Sequence record: MH926059.1
Source: Mycobacterium phage Riparian
Reading direction: 5' to 3' (one strand)
Length of the DNA: 24,000 nucleotides
The notes under the pieces are model-generated. The model ran no database searches. It was not told the origin of the DNA and saw only the letters and a list, made by a program, of their open reading frames with translations. Position 1 is the first letter of the stretch, and each line of letters opens with the position of its first letter. Positions 6,429-14,903 of this stretch are shown one piece after another. A program made the position numbers and the translations under genes.

Positions 6429-7007
6429 ATGGCATTACCAGCCGAGGAACCAGTTGTTAAGGCAATGAAGATTGCCGTTGCAGCGAAACGCAATGACTGG
6501 CATGGCAATATCGAGGCCCCGTTGGTGGACGGGATTCGCCACACAACAGTGATCGCAACCAGAAATGATGAGAGGCTGGAGGTTTCATACAAAGGCAACG
6601 CATATGAAGCTGGAGAGTACCAGATCTTCGACCGTCGTCAAAACCTACACTGTGCCAGCGTAGCTTTAGAGAAGGTTGAGGGGTGGCCGGACATCCTGGA
6701 CTTGTTCAAGGCGTTCCCCAACAAGAACAAACCCAATCTAGTAGAAACATATCGCCGGCTGCCATTCGATGAACATACGGACACACCGGAATTCATCATG
6801 GAGCAGATGATCGGCCGTCAGCTGTTCTGGTTCTCGCACGAGTACAACAGGCTGGACTTTGACGTAGTCCTGCAACCTCGCAAGAGCAACTCAAAGAACT
6901 TTCGCATAGCGCCAGTAGGCCATCGGAAGATCTTTCACTTCATGGGAGCCAAGGCAGGCTTCCGCTCTGTCATTCTCGACACAATCATCAAGGTAGGCAA
7001 CGCATGA
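6429..7007 (+). CDS. Hypothetical protein, overlapping the methyltransferase gene
   Basis: 192 aa ORF, ATGA overlap with the next CDS. Confidence 0.75.
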   Translation: MALPAEEPVVKAMKIAVAAKRNDWHGNIEAPLVDGIRHTTVIATRNDERLEVSYKGNAYEAGEYQIFDRRQNLHCASVALEKVEGWPDILDLFKAFPNKNKPNLVETYRRLPFDEHTDTPEFIMEQMIGRQLFWFSHEYNRLDFDVVLQPRKSNSKNFRIAPVGHRKIFHFMGAKAGFRSVILDTIIKVGNA

Positions 7008-7648
7008 CCGCAGTGTATCCCAACGACGTAGACGCTGTACTGGATCAGTGCATCCGGGAAGACAAGGCCCTTAAAGAGGCCCGGGAGTACGCCTCTGACA
7101 TGGAGCTTCCGGACATTGCTGTATCCGTGCAGCAAGCGAAGTTCCTTGAGCTGTTAGTTCGTACAGCCAAGGCCAAGAACGTCCTAGAGATCGGCACACT
7201 GGCAGGCTACAGCACCATTGCCCTAGCCCGCGCCGTCGGGGAGGACGGGTACGTGACCACCGTGGAGTATGAGCCACGGCACGCCAAGGTTGCACATGTG
7301 AACCTGTATCACGCTGGAATCCACCACAGAACCAGTGTGTTGGTAGGGGATGCGCACGACATCTTGCCAAAGCTGGAGCCAAACTCGTTTGACTTCATCT
7401 TCATTGACGCCGACAAGGAGTCCAACGAGGCTTACTTCAAGTACGCGTACGGCCTTGGCACAGAAGACGTTACCGTGGTGGTGGACAACGTGATTCGTGA
7501 CGGCAGGGTGCTGGACCCTAGCAGGCCGGACAAGCGGGAATTCATAGAGTTCCTCGGCCGTCAGCCTGCATTTGACGTATCCGTTATCCAGACAACGGGT
7601 TCCAAGGGCTGGGACGGGTTCGTGCTGGCCAAGCGAAAGGTGATGTGA
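7004..7648 (+). CDS. SAM-dependent O-methyltransferase (family 3 / CCoAOMT-like)
   Basis: NVLEIGTLAGYSTIALARAVGEDGYVTTVEYEPRHAKVAHVNL, VLVGDAHDILPKL, FDFIFIDADKESNEAYFKYA, VDNVIRDG: classic Methyltransf_3 motifs. Confidence 0.9.
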   Translation: MTAVYPNDVDAVLDQCIREDKALKEAREYASDMELPDIAVSVQQAKFLELLVRTAKAKNVLEIGTLAGYSTIALARAVGEDGYVTTVEYEPRHAKVAHVNLYHAGIHHRTSVLVGDAHDILPKLEPNSFDFIFIDADKESNEAYFKYAYGLGTEDVTVVVDNVIRDGRVLDPSRPDKREFIEFLGRQPAFDVSVIQTTGSKGWDGFVLAKRKVM

Positions 7649-7791
7649 TGGCTCGTCTGTTAACCATCCACATTCAGACTCAACGTAGGGACCGTACTGT
7701 TGTCGCCAAGATGACACGGTGCCAGTGCCTCAAGGCTGCTTGTATCATGGTCTGGGCTGCGCTCACTGGAGATTCGGAGAACTACGAGTGA
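7648..7791 (+). CDS. Hypothetical small protein (47 aa)
   Basis: TGATG overlap; MARLLTIHIQTQRRDRTVVAKMTRCQCLKAACIMVWAALTGDSENYE*. Confidence 0.5.
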   Translation: MARLLTIHIQTQRRDRTVVAKMTRCQCLKAACIMVWAALTGDSENYE

Positions 7792-7840
7792 ACACAGTGG
7801 AGTTCAGGCTCGCAGCCGGCGCGAAAGGCGTAGTGGTATT

Positions 7841-8173
7841 ATGATTATCGAGTCAACACGTGAATTCATGATTTCGTGCGATTCGTTTAGGATCGAATGC
7901 AACCAATGTGGTGATTGGTCAAATGTCTTGTCCCGCAACGATCTTGATGAGTTCAAAGCCAAGCATGAGCACAAGAACGAACGCTTCTATGTCCAATGCA
8001 ATTCAGAGGGCGAAGATTTGGCCGTAGTGAAAATGACCTACGATCAACAGGCCGTAATCGAAAAGTTTGAACGAGATTCGGCGCGAAAACGTCAGTGGCG
8101 CAAAGAGAATGAGGGCAAATTTGCCACTCATGAGGAAATGATGGAGGCGTACAAAAAGGAATTTGGTCGATGA
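7841..8173 (+). CDS. Hypothetical protein
   Basis: 110 aa ORF with two cysteine pairs/singletons (CNQCGDW, QCNSEG). Confidence 0.65.
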   Translation: MIIESTREFMISCDSFRIECNQCGDWSNVLSRNDLDEFKAKHEHKNERFYVQCNSEGEDLAVVKMTYDQQAVIEKFERDSARKRQWRKENEGKFATHEEMMEAYKKEFGR

Positions 8174-8255
8174 ATCTTAGCAGGGCCACCCGTGTGGACT
8201 GCACCAACATCATCACCGCTCTTACTGCGGCTCTAGAAGATAGGTAGGTTTTAGG

Positions 8256-10016
8256 GTGCCACAATCAGACCTCGGAGTTGCCCTTCACAGTAGGCCGTTC
8301 CAGCTGGCAGGCGCACGGTTTGCCATGCGACATAAGAACGTACTGATTGCCGATGAACCTGGACTCGGTAAGACCATCCAGGCCATTGCAGCTGTAACAG
8401 GTAACAAGACTACGGGTTCCGTGCTGATTGTGGCACCCAAAACCGCTGCGTACGTAACATGGCCAGCTGAGCTACGGCGCTGGTTACACGATCTTGCACC
8501 AGATGACCCTGTGCGTATCATCACCGGCAATGCAGACAAGCGTACTCGCATAGCGTTGCTACGAGATACGGTCGAATGGGAGACCTCCAGCCAGCGCGCG
8601 GGCCAACGCCAGTGGGTTATCGTATCTCCTAACTACTTACGCTTCAAGATTGAGTGCGATGACAAGGGGCGCTACGTCCATGACGACAAGGGCAACAAGA
8701 TCATCACCCCGGTACGTGAAGCCCTGAAGCCTCTGCTGTATATACAGTGGGCTGCCGTGATTGTTGACGAGGCCCACGAAACCCTAGCTGGTGCTACGGG
8801 AAACTTGAAGAAGCAAAGTGCTCAGAGCAGAGGCCTACGTCTGCTTGACATTCGTGACGACGGCATGCGAATTGCGTTGTCTGGCACGCCCTTTCGTGGT
8901 AAGCACGAGAACATCTGGGGCATCCTCAACTGGATTGACCCTGTGGAGTACAACGCCAATGGTGGCCCTAACTCTTACTGGAAGTGGGTCTACAGGTACT
9001 TCCAGGTCTACCACGACGACGTATTCGATACGGACGTTATCGGAAAGCTGCGCAGTGAACGCGACTTGCGAGCTGCATTAAAGCCGTACATGATTCGGCG
9101 CACCAAGAAGAAAGTGCTACCGGAGCTACCGGATAAGCAATACGGCGGCACACCGCTGTACCCAAAGAAGAAGCCTCCCAAAGAGCTACTGGACGCCGTA
9201 GCCCGCGCTGCGGAGGAGCAGAAGGCCAATCCCAAGGCAAGGCTAGGTTACCGGAAGGCACAATCCAAGCTGGCTGGGTGGTACGACAAGAACAACCCCG
9301 TTGCAGTATGGCTTCCGATGGACGGCAAGCAACGTACAGCCTACAACCAGATGAAGACCCAGGCCATGGCCAACATCGAAGGTGGTACGCTGCTAGCCAA
9401 TTCGTTGTTGGCTGAGATGACAAGGCTTAAGCAGTTTGCGAATAGCTATGGGAGACTAGACGAACAGGGCAATTACCACCCTGATATGCCCTCGAACAAA
9501 TTCGACTGGATACTCCAGTTCCTTAATGAGAGAGGCATTTACGGCCCAGAACCAAGCGGCAACAGGATCATCATTGCATCCCAGTTCACTAAGCACATCA
9601 ACCTGTTTGCGCAAGTCTTGTTAGAACAGTACAAGATACCGAATTACAAGATCACCGGTGCCACCAGTGCAGATGAGAGACTACGGATTCAAGAGGAATT
9701 CCAGTCTGGGCAGACGCCGGCTGGTAAGCCGAGTCCGGAAGTGTTGCTACTGAATACGAAAGCTGGTGGCGTGGGCATCACCCTGGATGCTGCCGACGAC
9801 ATGATCGTGGTGGACAGTACCCACAACGTGGATGATCAAGTGCAGCTAGAAGATCGGATTCACCGCATCTCCAGGATACATAGCGTTACTATCTGGAACC
9901 TTGTTACCAAGGGTACTATCGACGAGAAGATCTTACGAGCCACCCGTAAGACGGGCCGTAGTCTTAAGCGTATCTTGGACACACCAGAGGCAGCTAAGGA
10001 CTTATTGGAGAGCTGA
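8256..10016 (+). CDS. SNF2/DEAD-box family helicase
   Basis: Walker A DEPGLGKTIQAI, DEAH box (VIVDEAHE), LSGTPF, C-terminal helicase motifs LLNTKAGGVGITLDAAD and DRIHRISR. Confidence 0.92.
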   Translation: MPQSDLGVALHSRPFQLAGARFAMRHKNVLIADEPGLGKTIQAIAAVTGNKTTGSVLIVAPKTAAYVTWPAELRRWLHDLAPDDPVRIITGNADKRTRIALLRDTVEWETSSQRAGQRQWVIVSPNYLRFKIECDDKGRYVHDDKGNKIITPVREALKPLLYIQWAAVIVDEAHETLAGATGNLKKQSAQSRGLRLLDIRDDGMRIALSGTPFRGKHENIWGILNWIDPVEYNANGGPNSYWKWVYRYFQVYHDDVFDTDVIGKLRSERDLRAALKPYMIRRTKKKVLPELPDKQYGGTPLYPKKKPPKELLDAVARAAEEQKANPKARLGYRKAQSKLAGWYDKNNPVAVWLPMDGKQRTAYNQMKTQAMANIEGGTLLANSLLAEMTRLKQFANSYGRLDEQGNYHPDMPSNKFDWILQFLNERGIYGPEPSGNRIIIASQFTKHINLFAQVLLEQYKIPNYKITGATSADERLRIQEEFQSGQTPAGKPSPEVLLLNTKAGGVGITLDAADDMIVVDSTHNVDDQVQLEDRIHRISRIHSVTIWNLVTKGTIDEKILRATRKTGRSLKRILDTPEAAKDLLES

Positions 10017-10018
10017 GC

Positions 10019-10321
10019 ATGACGTGCTTCTTACTTACAGTAGGTTCTGGCCTCTTGGGCATCGTCGCAGGTAGTTGGGTCACGTGGCGTGTGAACGAGC
10101 GGCTCTTTAATCGTCTGCAGGCCCGTCGGGCCACCCTGGAGCTGATCAGGGAACTGGAAAACCGTAGAGTCGCAACGGAATCCGACCGTGAGCACCTTGT
10201 GCGGGCCAGGGCCGGAGCACCAGCGCGTGTCAACGACGGGATGACTACTAAGCCAGGCACGCTCGCCCGGTACCTGCGTGATACAGCTGCTGCTAACAAA
10301 TTCGACCCGAAACGGGGTTGA
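10019..10321 (+). CDS. Small membrane-anchored hypothetical protein
   Basis: N-terminal hydrophobic segment LLTVGSGLLGIVAGSWVTW. Confidence 0.6.
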   Translation: MTCFLLTVGSGLLGIVAGSWVTWRVNERLFNRLQARRATLELIRELENRRVATESDREHLVRARAGAPARVNDGMTTKPGTLARYLRDTAAANKFDPKRG

Positions 10322-10402
10322 CAGGCCGCTGGCGGTGGTGTATCGTTGTCGTCGTCAGGCCACCGGGGCATCCCGGAAGAACGAAAAGGGAAGAGACACA
10401 AC

Positions 10403-10852
10403 ATGACTGTTGAGACGACCGAAAAGACGGGCCGTGGCGGCGCTCGTGGACCTCGTGTGTTCAAGGACACGCCGACTCCCCGCGACCGGGTGATCAGTGA
10501 GTCGTTGGCCGACAAGGTCAAAGAGCTCACCGGCAAGACCATTTCGCCGGAGGACTGCCGTGCCGTCAAGTTCAGTCTCTCTCGGTGGTACGAAGACCCT
10601 GCCACCAAGGAACTGCTGAACGACATGGACGCTCAGCTCAAGAAGGCCAAGGCCAAGGAGAAGGCCGAGAAGGCCCGCAAGCTCCTGGAAGAGGCCCAGC
10701 GGGAGCTGGAAGACGCTGAGGAAGACGACGATTCGGACGACGCGTCGGACGAGGACACCCAGGCCGCTGCTGCGGACGAGGACGACGAGGACGACGAGGA
10801 CTCGTTGTTCGACGACGAGGACGAGGACGACAAGGTCAGCGCGACCTTCTGA
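10403..10852 (+). CDS. Hypothetical protein with coiled-coil-like middle and highly acidic C-terminus
   Basis: ATG at 10403 after an A/G-rich SD region; tail DDDSDDASDEDTQ...DEDEDDKVSATF. Confidence 0.7.
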   Translation: MTVETTEKTGRGGARGPRVFKDTPTPRDRVISESLADKVKELTGKTISPEDCRAVKFSLSRWYEDPATKELLNDMDAQLKKAKAKEKAEKARKLLEEAQRELEDAEEDDDSDDASDEDTQAAAADEDDEDDEDSLFDDEDEDDKVSATF

Positions 10853-10862
10853 TCCGGTCCTC

Positions 10863-12000
10863 TAGGGCAGCTACCGAATTGGGGATTAAGTAGCCCCACT
10901 ACCATCCTCTGGTGAAGAAGATTGCACGGCCTCCCCGTACAGCCACGCAATGTCTCCCCAGTTCGGTAGCTCTAAAGGGTAGAGAGACATCGACACTCAG
11001 CACGTATTGAGTAGCCCCTCGGCAGGCTGAAAACGTCTGTCTCTCTACTCCTTAGGGCAGGACCTGCCCTCCAGTGACCGGGGTACGCACCAGCGAAGAG
11101 TCAAGTACAGTCCCTCCAAGCCTGGAAGACCCAGTAGCACAGAGCCTCTGCCCCGGTACACGGGAATTGTTCTTACACAGTTGAATATACTTCGAGCCTG
11201 ATCGATAGGCAGTAGCAATGCTGCTGAAAGGCCGGTTGATCCCCGGTCGCCTAGTAATCCTAGGTAACTCAGGCAATCCAGTACCTTCGCCCATCTGAAC
11301 GGTGGTGGGACGCAGGCAAGCAGAGCGGGCCAGGCCGATACGGTGAGGCCAGTCGTGTACGCAGCGACTCAAACGCTATACGCTGCAAGCCTGATGGTTG
11401 GTACATGGGAGGGATACATAGTGCGAGTAGGCATACAAGTGCGGTATCCATGGAGGCCCCAAGGCGTGGTTGGCGAATCACGTAGGAGCTGAAGAGCACA
11501 AGTAGCGGGCACGTGAAAGTGCGATGGCGTGGTGCATTCTGTGGCTCAAAAGGCGACGGAACACCTGGGGCAGCACGTCGTCAGATCGTATGGCCTGGTC
11601 TCCCTAAGGGACCACCAAAGCGCTCAGGCAAGAGCACTACCATTGGGAGGTAGCAACGGTGTAAAAGCCGTTCCGGTTCGACTCCGGCAAAAGCAAAAGT
11701 CTGTCCCCGCTAGCAACGAAAGTACCCTAATCCCTAGGGCTTACGCCAACTAGGGCACCGGAAGGCTCGCAAGGCCGACTGGTGTTGCTAGACAAAGTAG
11801 TGCAGGTAGGGGGAGGCCACCCCTGACCGAATCGAAACGTCAGCGAGTAGTTCGCTAGTGTAGGTAGTGGTTCCGCCAATCAAACGGGACCGGGTACGGT
11901 GGCTGCAAGTGGGAGCTTGCGGACAAGGAACTAACACATAAGGTTTCGAAAGGCCACTGGGATAGGGTCAAGTCTACGCCCTTCCACCCTAACAACAAGA
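10863..12000 (+). ncRNA. Candidate very large structured non-coding RNA
   Basis: About 1.15 kb without a convincing CDS but with strong helices: 10869-10885/10955-10971 (17 bp, one G-U); 10979-10989/11038-11048 (11 bp perfect); 11054-11060/11064-11070 (7 bp); 11077-11083/11151-11157 (7 bp); 11842-11846/11852-11856; 11905-11909/11916-11920. Boundaries approximate. Confidence 0.7.
11613..11695 (+). ncRNA. tRNA-like domain (Pro-UGG-like anticodon arm, extra variable arm) inside the large RNA
   Basis: D-arm-like GCTC-AGGCAA-GAGC (11622-11635), anticodon arm CTACC-ATTGGGA-GGTAG (11637-11653), extra arm AACGG/CCGTT (11655-11672), T-arm CCGG-TTCGACT-CCGG (11673-11687); no acceptor stem found. Confidence 0.6.
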
Positions 12001-12012
12001 GGATGGTAACTC

Positions 12013-13182
12013 ATGGATAACGTTCCGTTGCTACGCAACTCAGAACGGCACGACTTCAAGCGATGCCCCTTGCGCTGGTGGTGGCGCTATGGCGAACACC
12101 TAGTGCCTGTCAACTTCTCTACTGGCCCACTGGTTTTCGGAAGCCTTGGCCACCTTGCCCTAGCAGAGCACTACATTCCAGGCCGCAAGCGCGGAATCGA
12201 CCCACGCGAGACCTGGGACAAGATTACCCAAGAGCTATGGGACTCAGTCAAAGTCGAAAAGTTCGTCGACGACGAGATTGAGGGCACTTGGGAGGACGCC
12301 CGCGTGCTGGGCCACGAAATGCTCGGGCACTACCTGGAACACTACGGCAATGACGAGCACTGGGAAGTCCTGTGGACAGAAGACCAGTTCCACCAACGTA
12401 TTCCACACCCTGATGACCTACGCAAGCAGGCCAAGAGACCTCGCCCCATTGTGGAATACGTAGGGACCATAGACCTGATCGTTCGGAATCACATCACAGG
12501 TCTGATCGAGTACGTGGACCACAAGTTCATGAAAACCATAGAGGTAGATCACCTTTACATTGATGACCAGAACGGTGGTTACCTTGCCATCGGCACACAC
12601 GAGCTGCGAAAAAGGGGGTTGATTGGGCCTCGAGAGTCAGTTCGTGTGCTGGTCTACAACTTCCTGCGTAAGGCTAAGCCGGACCAAAGGCCCCGCAACG
12701 CTGATGGCAAGTACACCAACCTTCCTACCAAGGAAGACTACGTCAAAGCCATTCAGGCATACCTAGACCAGCGTGGCAAAGGCGATATCGGAGACTACAT
12801 CTCCTCGAGAGCCAAGAAAGAAGAGTACGAATCCTTTGCTAAGGGATTGAATTTGGTTGTGCTGGGTGAGGTCTCTAAGAGTCAGCCTGCCCCGTACTTC
12901 CACCGGGAGCGCATTGAGCGCACCAATGCTGAACGCAACGTACAGATCAAGCGTATCGGCCAAGAGGCTTTGGTTATGGAACAGTTCAGGTCTCGCCGGC
13001 TGCCCATCTACAAGACACCAACACGTGACTGCAAATGGGACTGTAGCTTTTTCGACCTCTGCCAGATCCACGAAAGCGGTGGAGACGTAGAGTTTGCCAA
13101 GAGCCACATGTTCCGCAAAGAAGACCCGTACCAAGAGTACTACTCTGGTGCAGAGTCACCGAAACTGTTGCGCGACAGGTAG
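12013..13182 (+). CDS. PD-(D/E)XK superfamily nuclease (RecB/Cas4-like)
   Basis: KRCPLRWWWRYG, GSLGHLALAEHY, GTIDLIVR...GLIEYVDHKF (D...D-x-K), and C-terminal cysteines CKWDCSFFDLC. Confidence 0.85.
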   Translation: MDNVPLLRNSERHDFKRCPLRWWWRYGEHLVPVNFSTGPLVFGSLGHLALAEHYIPGRKRGIDPRETWDKITQELWDSVKVEKFVDDEIEGTWEDARVLGHEMLGHYLEHYGNDEHWEVLWTEDQFHQRIPHPDDLRKQAKRPRPIVEYVGTIDLIVRNHITGLIEYVDHKFMKTIEVDHLYIDDQNGGYLAIGTHELRKRGLIGPRESVRVLVYNFLRKAKPDQRPRNADGKYTNLPTKEDYVKAIQAYLDQRGKGDIGDYISSRAKKEEYESFAKGLNLVVLGEVSKSQPAPYFHRERIERTNAERNVQIKRIGQEALVMEQFRSRRLPIYKTPTRDCKWDCSFFDLCQIHESGGDVEFAKSHMFRKEDPYQEYYSGAESPKLLRDR

Positions 13183-13279
13183 ATTCGTGGTACACTGTGG
13201 CCACGCTCGAGGACGTACGAGTAACTCTTAGTAGCACATCGCAATTCGCCTCACGAGTAACTGAGTAAGGGAGACTATT

Positions 13280-14110
13280 ATGCCGACATGGGATGAAGCT
13301 GTACAGGATCCAGATATCGTTGCGTTGGATGCCATTTCGCCGCACCCAAACTTCATGGTCTACGGGGCCTCTGGCTGTGGTAAGACGGTGCTGGGAGGCA
13401 GCGACGACAAGGTGCTGTTCCTCACGTGTGAGCCAGAGGGTTGCATCAGTGCAAAACGCATGGGTAGCAATGCAAGACAGGTGATCATCCATCATTGGGA
13501 CCAGCTGGAAGAGTGGTACGACAAGCTATCCGAGTGGGCCGAGGACGGCACTGGCATCCCGTTCAACTGGATCGTGATCGATACCATTAGTGACGCACAG
13601 GGATTGTTGTTCGACAAGTTGCTGGATGAGAAGGGCCTGGACGTAGAGGACTGGCCCACCTACCGCAAGAACCAGAAGATACTGCTACGCTACGTCAAGA
13701 AGATGAACCAGCTGCCGGTCAACCTGCTCTGGTTGGCATGGGACCGTAAGGAAACCGACGCCGACGGTGAGGACTTCTTCTGCCCTGAGATTCACGGCAA
13801 GGGCTACTCCATTGCAATGCAAGTGGCAGCACAGATGACCTCGTACGGTTACATGCAGGTTCGCACCGAGCGCAAGCAGGTGATGAAAGACGGTAAGGCA
13901 GTAGTCAATCCGAAGACTAAGAAGCCACGCACAACGCTAGAGACACATCGCTATATATACTGGCAGGACATTCAAAGCTTGAGAGGCAAGGACCGAACGA
14001 TGGCGCTGGCCCCGTTCACAAAGGACTTGACTCTCAGAGACATTCGCCTGAAGGTTGAAAAGGCCTTTGCCGGCGAAGCTGAGAAAACCGATGAGAAAGT
14101 AGGGAACTGA
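13280..14110 (+). CDS. Sak4-like / RecA-fold AAA ATPase
   Basis: Walker A YGASGCGKTVLG, Walker B-like NWIVIDTISDAQ. Confidence 0.85.
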   Translation: MPTWDEAVQDPDIVALDAISPHPNFMVYGASGCGKTVLGGSDDKVLFLTCEPEGCISAKRMGSNARQVIIHHWDQLEEWYDKLSEWAEDGTGIPFNWIVIDTISDAQGLLFDKLLDEKGLDVEDWPTYRKNQKILLRYVKKMNQLPVNLLWLAWDRKETDADGEDFFCPEIHGKGYSIAMQVAAQMTSYGYMQVRTERKQVMKDGKAVVNPKTKKPRTTLETHRYIYWQDIQSLRGKDRTMALAPFTKDLTLRDIRLKVEKAFAGEAEKTDEKVGN

Positions 14111-14811
14111 TGCCCAAGGTGATGAAGCCGCCCACCGATTACGATGACTCGGCGACCAACACAGGCGGTGATTGGTACGATGGCCCACCGCCAAAGCCGG
14201 GCCTGTACAAGGGCGTTGTGAAGAAGATGCTGCTGTCCAAGGTCACCCAAGGGGAAAAGAAGGGTGAGCAGCGAATCATGGTGATCTGTGAGATCTCTGA
14301 GGGCAAGTTCAAGGGAGCCGGTGTCTCCAAGTGGCTTCAGCTCACCCAGCAAGGCAGCCCGTGGGTCAACCAGTTCCTCCATGCCCTCACCGACGGCAGC
14401 GAAGCCCAGAAGGCCGCAATCCGCAAGGCCTTCAAGGAGATTGGCTTTGCCGTCGACGATGCAGATGCCAAGAAGCGCTACCCGATTGTCCGTATCGGCA
14501 AGAAGACCAACCCGATTGGCCGCCCAATCAGCTTCGTGACGAAAATGCGTACGGACGACCAGGGAGTCGAACGGGCCGAAATCAGCCGCTTCGTCACGCC
14601 TCGTGCTGCGGATGACGATGAGGACGAGGACGATTCGGACGACATCTTGACGGCCGACGACGACACCACAGAGGACGACGGCGACGAGGGCAACGCCGAC
14701 GACACGTTCGGTGACATGGACTCGGACGACGATGCAACCGATGGCGATTCGGAAGACGAAGAGTTGCCGGCTGATGACTCAGACGACGAGGGTGAGCCCT
14801 GGGAAGTCTGA
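14110..14811 (+). CDS. Probable ssDNA-binding-like protein with acidic C-terminal tail
   Basis: Directly downstream of the Sak4-like gene; basic/OB-like N-terminal half then a long acidic tail ending GEPWEV. Function inferred from context. Confidence 0.5.
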   Translation: MPKVMKPPTDYDDSATNTGGDWYDGPPPKPGLYKGVVKKMLLSKVTQGEKKGEQRIMVICEISEGKFKGAGVSKWLQLTQQGSPWVNQFLHALTDGSEAQKAAIRKAFKEIGFAVDDADAKKRYPIVRIGKKTNPIGRPISFVTKMRTDDQGVERAEISRFVTPRAADDDEDEDDSDDILTADDDTTEDDGDEGNADDTFGDMDSDDDATDGDSEDEELPADDSDDEGEPWEV

Positions 14812-14819
14812 TCCCATGC

Positions 14820-14876
14820 GGCGCTAGGGGAGTCGGGGCGGTAACTGACTCGTGGTAACTCGGCTCCCCTAGTGCC
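14820..14876 (+). promoter_or_regulatory. Long-stem structured element upstream of the polymerase PHP ORF
   Basis: GGCGCTAGGGGAG (14820-14832) pairs with CTCCCCTAGTGCC (14864-14876), 13 bp with one G-U; the loop contains two GGTAACT copies. Confidence 0.6.
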
Positions 14877-14903
14877 CCAATCCAATTGAACAAGGAATAC
14901 AAC

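Noticed and set aside
7791-7847. Promoter -10 (TATTAT/TATGAT) before the 7841 gene
   Set aside because: AT-rich hexamers are present but there is no -35, and the genes are closely packed or overlapping, so an operon read-through is simpler.
11052-11753. Short ORFs on both strands (11052-11372, 11269-11499, 11529-11753)
   Set aside because: No convincing RBS or recognisable domain, and they overlap strong RNA helices and the tRNA-like domain; likely chance ORFs.
14820-14876. Rho-independent terminator
   Set aside because: Strong stem but a 31-nt interior and no following U-tract; it directly precedes the polymerase leader.
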